From an uncultured Anaerolineales bacterium (GTDB taxonomy: Bacteria; Chloroflexota; Anaerolineae; Anaerolineales; UBA11858): a DNA stretch of 64,000 nucleotides. The position numbers and the translations under genes were made by a program. The notes under the pieces were generated by a model that made no database searches, was not told where the DNA came from, and saw only the letters and a program-made list of their open reading frames with translations. Numbering within the stretch: position 1 is the stretch's first letter; each line of letters starts with the position of its first letter. Below are positions 45,272 to 54,020 of the stretch, piece by piece. Location: contig CAYVQU010000002.1 of NCBI GenBank assembly GCA_964453155.1, positions 11,240-75,239 of the forward strand, in the 5' to 3' direction.

Positions 45272-45823
45272 ATGACCAGGGGACGAAAACCAAAATACGA
45301 TCCACAAAAACACCAGCGTAAATCCATTCGGTTGCGGGGCTATGACTACACCCAAGCAGGCGCGTATTTCGTGACCATTTGCACTTATCAGCGGGAATGT
45401 TTGTTCGGTGAAATTATGAACGAGGAAATGGTCTTAAACGAATTGGGTGTTATTGCAAATGAATGTTGGCGCGCCCTTCCTGAACATTTCCCTCGCGTAG
45501 AATTGGGGGCGTTTGTGGTTATGCCTAATCATGTGCATGGGATTGTTATCATTACCGAATCCAAGGTAGGGGCGCAGCATGCTGCGCCCCTACGACAGCA
45601 ATCAATAAACGTGAAACCCGGATCACTAGGCGCAATTGTGCGTTCATTCAAAGCCGCCGCCACTCGCCGCATTGGACGCGAACAAGGCATATCAGGCATT
45701 TGGCAGCGCAATTATTACGAACACATCATTCGCAACGAGGTCGGCCTGCACCGCATTACTGCTTACATCGAAGCTAACCATGCAAATTGGGAAACAGATA
45801 GTGAAAACCCTAAAAATATTTGA
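45272..45823 (+). CDS. REP-associated tyrosine transposase (RAYT, IS200-like Y1 HUH family)
   Basis: It has the HUH motif (PNHVHGIVII) and the catalytic region WQRNYYEHIIRNE...ITAYIEAN. A GGGAGG RBS lies before the ATG at 45272. REP palindromes lie upstream, inside and downstream. Confidence 0.85.
   Translation: MTRGRKPKYDPQKHQRKSIRLRGYDYTQAGAYFVTICTYQRECLFGEIMNEEMVLNELGVIANECWRALPEHFPRVELGAFVVMPNHVHGIVIITESKVGAQHAAPLRQQSINVKPGSLGAIVRSFKAAATRRIGREQGISGIWQRNYYEHIIRNEVGLHRITAYIEANHANWETDSENPKNI
45566..45593. repeat. REP palindrome variant GTAGGGGCGCAGCAT/ATGCTGCGCCCCTAC inside the RAYT CDS
   Basis: It is a 28-bp perfect palindrome, in frame, encoding VGAQHAAPL between the HUH and Tyr motifs. 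Confidence 0.85.
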
Positions 45824-45862
45824 CGTGGTATCATCTCCAAAAATGATTTTTCAGGAGTATAA

Positions 45863-46498
45863 ATGCGCATTTTAGCCCTTTGCGACGACATCTGGCATCC
45901 GGCGCAAGTTGTTCAAGACGGGTTGTTAGGTCTAGAAAAACACGGTTTTGAATTCGACTTCATAACTAACGCGCGGGAATGGTCTTCCGAGCGAATGGCC
46001 GAATATCCGCTGGTGATTTTGGCAAAGGCGAATAATATCTCAGCCGCTGATGAAACGCCCTGGATGATACCCGAAGTGGCGCAGGTTTTTCAGGAGTATG
46101 TCCAGACCGGGAATGGGTTGTTGGCAATCCATTCGGGGACGGCGGGATATGCGGATACACTGGTTTTACGGAGGGTGTTGGGTGGTGTGTTTCGAGAGCA
46201 TCCGGAGCAGTGTGAGGTGACAATAAAATCCGTCGTAGGGGCGCAATATATTGCGCCCCTACCATCTAACGAATTCTCCATTATGGATGAACATTATTTC
46301 ATGGAATTGGATGATGATCAGGCCACAGTGTTTATGACAACCACGTCCGAACATGGGACCCAACCGGGGGGTTGGACGCGGATGGAGGGGGATGGAAGGG
46401 TGTGTGTGTTGACACCAGGGCATAATTTGGCGGTATGGGAGCAGCCGGTGTATCAGGATTTGATTGAGCAGGCAATAAATTGGGCTGGTAATTTGTAG
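45863..46498 (+). CDS. ThuA-like (class I glutamine amidotransferase-like fold) protein
   Basis: It is 211 aa with a ThuA-type layout (MRILAL.DD.WHP...LLAIHSG...HPE...TPGHN). It contains an in-frame REP palindrome. Confidence 0.6.
   Translation: MRILALCDDIWHPAQVVQDGLLGLEKHGFEFDFITNAREWSSERMAEYPLVILAKANNISAADETPWMIPEVAQVFQEYVQTGNGLLAIHSGTAGYADTLVLRRVLGGVFREHPEQCEVTIKSVVGAQYIAPLPSNEFSIMDEHYFMELDDDQATVFMTTTSEHGTQPGGWTRMEGDGRVCVLTPGHNLAVWEQPVYQDLIEQAINWAGNL
46235..46262. repeat. REP palindrome identical to 45226-45253, inside the ThuA-like CDS
   Basis: It is a 28-bp perfect palindrome, in frame, encoding VGAQYIAPL. Confidence 0.9.
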
Positions 46499-46524
46499 GG
46501 GCAGGTTTGAAACCTGCCCCTACA
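46494..46524. repeat. REP palindrome variant TGTAGGGGCAGGTTT-G-AAACCTGCCCCTACA
   Basis: It overlaps the ThuA-like stop codon (TAG in GTAGGGG) and ends 12 nt before the next gene. Confidence 0.85.
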
Positions 46525-46536
46525 TGAGGGATTTTC

Positions 46537-47256
46537 ATGGATCAAAATACGTTTGTAACCGGTGCAGATCGCGGGTTGGGGTTGGCAATTTGTGCGAATT
46601 TATTGGAACGCGGCTGGCAGGTATTTGCGGGACAGTATTTACCCGATTGGCACGAGTTGGGAGAGTTGACAAATTGGTATCCCGGGAAATTACACCTGAT
46701 CCCGTTGGATGTGGCTGCGCTGGAGTCGGTGCAGGCGGCGGCCAAGGAAGTAGCGACGGTAACCGGTCATATTGATCTGCTGGTTAACAACGCGGGGGTT
46801 AATACACCGACGAAGGAGCGAAAAATACACCAGGGACAGGATTACGCCGAGTTCGACCGAATGTATCAGATCAATGCAGTTGGTCCGATTCGGGTAGTGG
46901 AATCCTTTTGGGGTTTGGTGGAGCAGGGGAATCTCAAACGGTTGGCATTTATATCTTCGGAGGCAGCCAGCATCAAACGATGTACCCGGGAGGCGTGGTA
47001 CGGCTACACGATGTCAAAAGCCGCGCTAAATCGGGCCGTGAAGATCATGTTTAACCACCTCCATCCTAAAGGATATACGTTTCGGCTCTTTCATCCCGGC
47101 TGGGTGCAATCCTATATCGGAGGCGAATACAATCATGAGGCCCATCTAACTCCCACAGAATCGGCTGCCGCCGCGGTTGAGCATTTTCTCAACCCATTGG
47201 AAAATGAAGCCCAATTGGCCATGATTGATTGGGAGGAACGGTCATGGCCGTGGTAA
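46537..47256 (+). CDS. SDR-family oxidoreductase
   Basis: It has the cofactor motif VTGADRGLGLA, NNAG, and YTMSK for the YxxxK catalytic motif. Confidence 0.8.
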   Translation: MDQNTFVTGADRGLGLAICANLLERGWQVFAGQYLPDWHELGELTNWYPGKLHLIPLDVAALESVQAAAKEVATVTGHIDLLVNNAGVNTPTKERKIHQGQDYAEFDRMYQINAVGPIRVVESFWGLVEQGNLKRLAFISSEAASIKRCTREAWYGYTMSKAALNRAVKIMFNHLHPKGYTFRLFHPGWVQSYIGGEYNHEAHLTPTESAAAAVEHFLNPLENEAQLAMIDWEERSWPW

Positions 47257-47296
47257 CAAATTCGTAGTACCCCAATACTATTTAACCTAATTTCAG

Positions 47297-47305
47297 TGCT
47301 ATAAT
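47297..47305 (+). promoter_or_regulatory. extended -10 promoter element (TGcTATAAT)
   Basis: TGCTATAAT lies at 47297-47305. A GGGAG RBS lies before the ATG at 47364. Confidence 0.45.
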
Positions 47306-47363
47306 CCAAATTGGTGTTATCTTTTTTGGCATTCCATGTGCGCGCATCCGAAGGGAGTGGATC

Positions 47364-50300
47364 ATGGCAAAGAGAAAGTGGAACCCAGGGATTGAAGTTT
47401 TGGTCGCCATCATTGGGATGGTTGGATTAGCTGCGTTGGCATTTTCCCAAATATCTGCATTGAGCGCTAGCAGTGAGGCCTGGCATGTGGCTGTCGTAGG
47501 CCCCATGAGTGGAAAAAACCAGGCCAAAGGCCAAGAAATGGTGCAAGGGGTAAGCCTGTATATCGATCAGATCAATGCTCAAGGGGGTATTAACGGTAAA
47601 CCGGTAAGACTGCTGCCCCCATATGATGATCAAAATGATCCCGATTTAGCGCGGCAAGCGGCCGAAAAAATCGCGGCCGAAAGTCAGGCCTTGGTGGTGT
47701 TTGGCCACCGCTCGACTGAAGCCTCGGTGGCCGGTGGTGCAATCTATCAAGAATATGGGGTTCCAGCCATCTCAGGGTCGGAGGCCGAAACCGAGGGCAA
47801 TGACTGGTACTTTCGCACGACTTCCAGCAACCAGGATCAAGCGATCTTTTTAGCCAACTACGTTCGCCGGATTTTGGGACAGGAGACGGTCAGCATCATA
47901 TTTGATCAAGATACCTATGGGACTTCAATCGCTGAGAATTTTGAGTATACCTTCCAAGGATTAGGGGGAGAGATCAAATTTAAATGGAGTTTTGATACCC
48001 AAACCGGTGATTTAGAGGCCCAAATCGACGAAATCGTAACCGCCCTGCTCAAAGCCCGCAACGACAACCCCGGGATGCTGTTCATGTCCACGCATGGTAA
48101 TGAAGCCGTCAAAATCGTAACCGCGCTACGGCGTAAGGGGTTGAAATATGCCATAATCGGTACTGATTCCTTAGGAACCCCGGCAATGGGTGAAAAATTT
48201 GCGACCTATCCTGAAGAGCAAAGCCAGCCCGGCTATCTCTCCGATGGAATATATGCCGTCACCGATGTCCTCTTTGATGTCGGTGGTGAGGAGGCGGCCC
48301 AATTCAAGAATTATTTCATTAAAGCCTATGGGGAAGATCCCGGTTCGCGGGCCGCCACTTACTATAACGCCGCTATTGCCGCCTTCCACGCCATGGAACA
48401 GGCCGACCTGCAGGGGGATTCTATCAATTTGGCCGCCGACCGGTTGAAAATCCGCAACCAACTTCTAGCCTTGAATAATCTCAATAATATCGCCACCGGC
48501 ATCGGCGGCCCGGTTTTTTTCGATGATCATGGCGATGTGGTTAAGGCCATGTCGATGGGCATATTTGATCACCAAAAATTCATCTCAGCGCTGACCCAAC
48601 TCAAACCGATTACCGATCTCAACCGCATCCCCGATCTCAATGCCGAATTGGCGGCAGGACGGGTACATGTGGTCAATGGCGAATATATGCTCCAGACCAA
48701 CGTGGTCTACGCGGGGATGGATATTAATGAAATCAGCAACCTAGATATCAAAAATTCATCGTACACGGTTGATTTTTACTTGTGGTTCCGCTATCGCGGC
48801 GATTTTGAACCCGATAATATCGAGTTCATCAACATCAAGGGAAAGACCAATCTGGGCGAACCGATCATCCATGATGTGATCGATGGCGTCACTCACAAAC
48901 TGTACCGGATTAAAACCGAGTTTATCGGTGATTTTTCTTTTTACGATTACCCCTTCGATGAGCAGGATGTTGAGATTAAATTTCGACATATCAGTATGAC
49001 CCGCGACCAACTGCTGTACGTGGTCGATGTGGTCGGCATCCGGGAAACCGCCAGCCAGGATATTTTGGCAAAATTCGACCGGGCGCAGGTCCTCGATTCC
49101 ATCGACACCTGGGAGGCAACCACAGTTAAGTTTTTCCAGGATTCACTCCATAATGAATCTACGCTCGGTTCGCCCCACTTCTTTGACACCGTTTCAGACA
49201 TCGAATATTCCCGTTTCAACGCCAATATTGGTCTCAAGCGCGATGTACTCAGCTTTACGATCAAAAACCTGCTGCCCCTGTTTGCCATCATCATTCTAGC
49301 CTATATTGCCGCTTTGCTGGCCCCGGCGCAGTTTGCAATCACCAACGCCATTTTGCGCGGCTCACTGCTGACGGTAGCCTTCTTTCATATCAAATTGTCG
49401 AACGATCTCCCTGGCATCGGTTACACCGTGGCCCTCGATTATGTGTTTTATATGATGTATGTGTTGATCGTCTTGCTCCTCATTTTGACGGTTCTCAGTC
49501 ATAATGATCATCAAAATAACCAGTTAAAACGGGCCAGAGTGTTTAACCAGATTGGGCGGATACTTTATCCGGTGGTCATCTTGGGATGTGGAATATTCTT
49601 TGTGACCCGGTTTGATCTGCTGACCCGTTTCAATGTGGCGGGAATGGCGGAATCCGAGGCATTAACGGCTACCGCCGATGAGGCTGCCGCTCCCACTGCC
49701 TCACCCGGTGAGGGGGCGGCTGACGAGGCAGTCGTCCTCACTTTGGGTTCCTGGCGGGTCGAGGACGACGAGCAAATGACCCGCATCCTGGATATTTTCA
49801 ACGCCGAACATCCTGATATCACGGTGAAATTCTCCCCCGGGGTTGAATATCAGCCGACCCTGACGTTCCAACTCGAGAATGGGATCGCGCCCGATCTGTT
49901 TTATATATCGTCTTATTCATTCTCCCAAAATCTGTTCAAACGGGGATTTTTGGAAACCGTAAATGATGTTCCCGGTCTGAACGAGAGTTTCCCCGCGGCG
50001 GCGATTGCAGCCTGGGCTACGGATGATGGCACAGTCTATGGGGTGCCCTTCCTGGCCGTTTCCCATGGGGTGTATTACAACCAGGATATTTTTGATGAAC
50101 TTGGACTGGCAATCCCAACCACCTGGGAAGAATTCCTGACCGTTTCTGAGCAAATCAAAGCAGCCGGATATATTCCGCTCGCTAATGCTCCTGGGCAGCA
50201 TGGCGCGTTTGCGGAAGAAGTTTTCATGAATTTAGCCCCCAATTTCATCGGCGGTCAGACCGGGAGGGAGCAGTATTTAACCGGGGAACGCTGCTTTAAC

Positions 50301-50912
50301 GATGCGCACACAACTGCAGCCTACCAGGCAGTTTTAGATTTAGGTCCTTATTTGCCTGAAAATGGAACCGAACTCAGTTCCCATGATAGCAAGCGGATGT
50401 GGCTAGATGGTGAGGCCACCATGATGATGGGCGGTTCGTGGGATATCTCGTTTTTCGAAGGGCAGGCTCCCGATTTTGAGTGGAGTATTTTTGCCATCCC
50501 TGCGCCGGAGGGGCAAACGCAATACGTAACTTTCCATCCCGACGCAGCCATTGGTCTGAGTGCGGCATCCCCACATAAAGCTGAAGCCAAAATCTTCTTG
50601 GAATGGTTGACAACCCCCAAAGTGGCCGAATTGCTCAATAATGAACTGCCGGGCTTTTTCTCCATGCAAAGCTACGCGCCCGAAATTCAAAACGAACACG
50701 CCAATACCTTCTTGGGTCTCAACCAGGGTCGAGGTACCGATGTCCGCTGGCCGTACCCGGTCCTGCGGGACAGCATCCCCGATGGATTTGCGCTGATGAA
50801 AGATGGAACCGCCGCGGTCATTCGAGAAGAAATGACACCCCAAGAAGCTGCTGATGCCCTGCAAGCAGGCTTGGCCCAATGGTTTAAACCGGCGCAAGTC
50901 TGTGGAAAATAA
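47364..50912 (+). CDS. tripartite fusion: LivK-type periplasmic binding domain + pentameric ligand-gated ion channel (ECD + 4 TM) + family-1 solute-binding domain
   Basis: It has a signal-like N-terminus. Residues ~40-400 look like Peripla_BP_6 (VAVVGPMSGKNQAKGQEMVQGVSLYIDQINAQGGINGKPV). Residues ~445-628 form a pLGIC extracellular domain with YPFDEQDVEIKF. Residues ~629-750 contain M1 (NLLPLF), M2, the M2-M3 loop LPGIGYTVALDY, M3 and M4. Residues ~788-1182 look like a sugar-type SBP. Confidence 0.8.
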   Translation: MAKRKWNPGIEVLVAIIGMVGLAALAFSQISALSASSEAWHVAVVGPMSGKNQAKGQEMVQGVSLYIDQINAQGGINGKPVRLLPPYDDQNDPDLARQAAEKIAAESQALVVFGHRSTEASVAGGAIYQEYGVPAISGSEAETEGNDWYFRTTSSNQDQAIFLANYVRRILGQETVSIIFDQDTYGTSIAENFEYTFQGLGGEIKFKWSFDTQTGDLEAQIDEIVTALLKARNDNPGMLFMSTHGNEAVKIVTALRRKGLKYAIIGTDSLGTPAMGEKFATYPEEQSQPGYLSDGIYAVTDVLFDVGGEEAAQFKNYFIKAYGEDPGSRAATYYNAAIAAFHAMEQADLQGDSINLAADRLKIRNQLLALNNLNNIATGIGGPVFFDDHGDVVKAMSMGIFDHQKFISALTQLKPITDLNRIPDLNAELAAGRVHVVNGEYMLQTNVVYAGMDINEISNLDIKNSSYTVDFYLWFRYRGDFEPDNIEFINIKGKTNLGEPIIHDVIDGVTHKLYRIKTEFIGDFSFYDYPFDEQDVEIKFRHISMTRDQLLYVVDVVGIRETASQDILAKFDRAQVLDSIDTWEATTVKFFQDSLHNESTLGSPHFFDTVSDIEYSRFNANIGLKRDVLSFTIKNLLPLFAIIILAYIAALLAPAQFAITNAILRGSLLTVAFFHIKLSNDLPGIGYTVALDYVFYMMYVLIVLLLILTVLSHNDHQNNQLKRARVFNQIGRILYPVVILGCGIFFVTRFDLLTRFNVAGMAESEALTATADEAAAPTASPGEGAADEAVVLTLGSWRVEDDEQMTRILDIFNAEHPDITVKFSPGVEYQPTLTFQLENGIAPDLFYISSYSFSQNLFKRGFLETVNDVPGLNESFPAAAIAAWATDDGTVYGVPFLAVSHGVYYNQDIFDELGLAIPTTWEEFLTVSEQIKAAGYIPLANAPGQHGAFAEEVFMNLAPNFIGGQTGREQYLTGERCFNDAHTTAAYQAVLDLGPYLPENGTELSSHDSKRMWLDGEATMMMGGSWDISFFEGQAPDFEWSIFAIPAPEGQTQYVTFHPDAAIGLSAASPHKAEAKIFLEWLTTPKVAELLNNELPGFFSMQSYAPEIQNEHANTFLGLNQGRGTDVRWPYPVLRDSIPDGFALMKDGTAAVIREEMTPQEAADALQAGLAQWFKPAQVCGK

Positions 50913-51263
50913 TCGCTGAATAGGACACGGAGCATTCCAATGTTCTACATTGGAACGAGATACGCACTGGGGTATTCTGGTTATAGTGCTCTGCGTCGTA
51001 ACCAAACCAGCACACTCCGCGTGCCGTTAATCCATGATAGAATGCCCCGGCATGGATACCTTACGCTATCGCCTCATTGCTCAAATATTTTTCGTTTTCG
51101 GAGGAGTTTCTCTGGCCTGCCGTCCAGTGATGACCATTGGTTGGCAGGAAATGTTGATATTGATCGTAATCTTGGGGATATTGATCGGACCAGCGTTATT
51201 CCGGTTGTATAAACGGTGGGATGAGTTTCAGCGGTGGCGATCCAGAGATCAAGATAAGCAGGA

Positions 51264-54020
51264 TTAATGACCGATACTTTTCGGAATAGCTGGTACCGAT
51301 AAGGGGCAAATCAATTCTTCGGGATCGGGTACTCGAGTAAAAATTTGTGGTTCGGTACCTAATACTGCCACGGCTGCTGCTTCAACTTCGTGTATGGAGC
51401 GACCACGGCAACCAATAATTAACACATCAGCAGCGTGAAAAATATCGGGGGGAGATGGTAACAAGGGCAAGATTACCTGTTTGGCACCATTGGTACTCAA
51501 TGTTGTTAGCACTAACCTAGAGAACGGTTGAATCCGATAGCCACGGGTACCATCGCCTTGTCTGGCCCAAAAATAACGCGGGTACAAACCCCGCCCCACG
51601 AAAGCCAGGGCATCCGGTTGTTGCAAGAACTGCTCAAAATCAGCTGGTTCATAATCAGTTTGAGTCAGTAATGCTTCTTGGGATAACGTATTGAGCACCT
51701 CTTCGGTTGTAACGGGGTGATAGCGGAGCGGAATCGTTCGGTCTAAAGCCGTAATAGTAAGCATGAAAACTACAAATGGAACCAAACTCCAAGCTCCCAC
51801 CGTAAATGAAAGTGGTCTTACAACTATTTCATCAGATTCTAGCTTTGGGGAAAATCCAAAAAGGGTTAACCCGACCCAGATCAGCTGAAGCAATCCCAAC
51901 GCGAAATAGAGCAATACAACCCAATTGATCGGCACAATATAACGCCCCCCGCCATTCCGGGCCAGGGCGGTAGCCGTATTGTAAGCCAAGTAAATTCCCA
52001 TGGGTATCAATCCAGCTAAATGCCATTTTTGGAACGCTTTTGCAATTCCCAAGGCCAGAATCAACAAATTGATGGCGATGGCAATTTTATCGATGAGGGG
52101 TAAATCCATCAACCAGTCATCTGCAGTATCTCGCCAGTAGCGACTGCTTTCAAAAATAGTACCCGTTCGGATTTCGTTCGGAAAATGGGCCAAGATAGAC
52201 TGGGTTGGCAGGATCAGCACACTGGTGATGAGATTATGACTAAAGTAGTTAAAAATTCGATAAACTGTCCCGTAACGGTGAAATTCAGGTTCAACCGGTT
52301 GAGCGGCTTGAACAGTAGGTTGAGGACTTCCAGCCTCAACTTGTTCAGCAGTAGTGGTTACGGCTTGATCAGTTGAAAGAGTTGTAGGTGTGGGGCTGGG
52401 AACCGGGGTTGTTTTGGGCTGGATCAATGGATTAGCTTTGGAATTAGGTGAGGGCGCCCCTCGAAAACCACTATCGAACACCAGTGCGATTTGATGCGTA
52501 AAGAAAAATGGGTTTCCCGATATAGACCAACTTCGCCACATCCAGGGTGAGACAACCAAAAGAAAGGAAATTATGACAATGGCTACGTATTTCAGGCTGG
52601 TTTTCAGATCTAGTCCAAAAACCATAATTATTCCTACCAAGGCCGCCAAAAAGACGACCAGGCCATTGAAACGAAACATAATCAACAACCCCAGTAATCC
52701 CCCTAAAAGTATGGCGTAACCTGGACTTTTGTGCGGTTTTCGCAGCCAAAGGAACATCAGGAGAGCAATCCCCACCAAGCTAACCGCACTGGGAAATTCG
52801 GTCAACAGCAATTTTGAATGTGATAAATTCAATTCGTTGCTAGAAAGAATCGCATTTATCTCATGTAAGATTGCTAAACCCGCTAAAAAAAGACCTAGAT
52901 AACGATTATACATCTCCTTCCCCAACCAAAAAAGTAGGGCGGGTAAAATTGACAAAATACCAACTTGCAATGTCATGATGGCTTCATAATCTTGACCGAC
53001 AAGCAGATGGAAAATGAGTAAAAGGCCCGAATAACCAGCATGGTCGGCCCGGGCTAGACTATTGGCTAGGCCTTGACCGATGAGCGCAAACTGCGCATTA
53101 GTATCCCAGGAGGCAGCATCAGAAAAAGGGTAATATTCGTTACCCGGCAAAATTGGTTTGGGCAAAAAATAATTTTGCTTAAATGATGTATTTTGCCACA
53201 TCACAAAAGCCAACATCCAAACACTAAAAAATAGGATTACGTTAATGATGCTTTGAGTAAGTTTAAGGTTTTTAAGCGCCAACAGCAATATTGTAATTAG
53301 ACCCGCACAAATTGCGGCCAGCCCGACCTGGCTTCCTAATATCGGCACACCAACTTCGTACCAAACGGTCCATTTATCAGATTGAATGCCCAACCCAGAA
53401 TAAACCAATCCCCCCCAACTGCTCAACAAAAGAATATAGACACCCCCAGCCATAGTGATATAAGGTATTTGATCTCGATTCAGTTTCGGCCAGGATGCGT
53501 TATTTGTGAGTGTCTTTATAAGCAGAATTGTTTGCCAACTTATTTGGGTAGTCAATAACATGGCTGGGCGGAGGCGCACAATGTAAGCCTGCCAGTTCCC
53601 AAAACGATTGCCAGGCACCAAGAGAAGAAATATTGTCAAAATAGCTACTAATTGGGAAATTCGAATAACAAGCCAGCTCAAATTCGGGCTAGAAGTGAAG
53701 GTTTTTTGAACTCGGACGCTCCAAGCTGGCTTACGCCGTGCCTGAATACCAGCCCAAATGGCTAGGAATAATAAAAAAATAAATACCCCGGCAAGCCCCA
53801 TCCGGAATTTTGAAAACCCGAACAGCCAATTGGATTTTTGATCAGTGGGAATGTTCAGCAAACAAAACAAATTTCCAGCTGAGCCTAACGCGGCCAGAAT
53901 AAAATAAACCGAAAAAACTGAACGTACTGAATATTGGGTTTCGGTTGAGTTGTGTGTCAAGTTCCGCTGCCTCTTATTACCACCCAAATCGTCCGAAATA
54001 AAATATAAAAATCCATCCAA
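51264..54020 (-). CDS. very large polytopic membrane protein with internal Pro/Thr-rich linker and C-terminal soluble domain; function unknown (possible GT-C-like enzyme)
   Basis: It is 918 aa with more than 15 hydrophobic segments. The linker is [45 protein letters not shown]. It is the last gene of the glycan operon. The start is uncertain because it overlaps the upstream gene by 64 nt. Confidence 0.45.
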   Translation of the reverse strand: MDGFLYFISDDLGGNKRQRNLTHNSTETQYSVRSVFSVYFILAALGSAGNLFCLLNIPTDQKSNWLFGFSKFRMGLAGVFIFLLFLAIWAGIQARRKPAWSVRVQKTFTSSPNLSWLVIRISQLVAILTIFLLLVPGNRFGNWQAYIVRLRPAMLLTTQISWQTILLIKTLTNNASWPKLNRDQIPYITMAGGVYILLLSSWGGLVYSGLGIQSDKWTVWYEVGVPILGSQVGLAAICAGLITILLLALKNLKLTQSIINVILFFSVWMLAFVMWQNTSFKQNYFLPKPILPGNEYYPFSDAASWDTNAQFALIGQGLANSLARADHAGYSGLLLIFHLLVGQDYEAIMTLQVGILSILPALLFWLGKEMYNRYLGLFLAGLAILHEINAILSSNELNLSHSKLLLTEFPSAVSLVGIALLMFLWLRKPHKSPGYAILLGGLLGLLIMFRFNGLVVFLAALVGIIMVFGLDLKTSLKYVAIVIISFLLVVSPWMWRSWSISGNPFFFTHQIALVFDSGFRGAPSPNSKANPLIQPKTTPVPSPTPTTLSTDQAVTTTAEQVEAGSPQPTVQAAQPVEPEFHRYGTVYRIFNYFSHNLITSVLILPTQSILAHFPNEIRTGTIFESSRYWRDTADDWLMDLPLIDKIAIAINLLILALGIAKAFQKWHLAGLIPMGIYLAYNTATALARNGGGRYIVPINWVVLLYFALGLLQLIWVGLTLFGFSPKLESDEIVVRPLSFTVGAWSLVPFVVFMLTITALDRTIPLRYHPVTTEEVLNTLSQEALLTQTDYEPADFEQFLQQPDALAFVGRGLYPRYFWARQGDGTRGYRIQPFSRLVLTTLSTNGAKQVILPLLPSPPDIFHAADVLIIGCRGRSIHEVEAAAVAVLGTEPQIFTRVPDPEELICPLSVPAIPKSIGH

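Noticed and set aside
50403-51005. 200-aa minus-strand ORF at the 3' end of the pLGIC fusion gene
   Set aside because: It is antisense to the SBP-domain coding region and has no motifs.
51130-51267. Small ORF MTIGWQEMLILIVILGILIGPALFRLYKRWDEFQRW... that loosely resembles TatA
   Set aside because: There is only a vague resemblance: one TM helix followed by Gly-Pro. The FGxxKLP hinge/amphipathic motif is missing and there is no well-placed RBS. I cannot support it as a gene.
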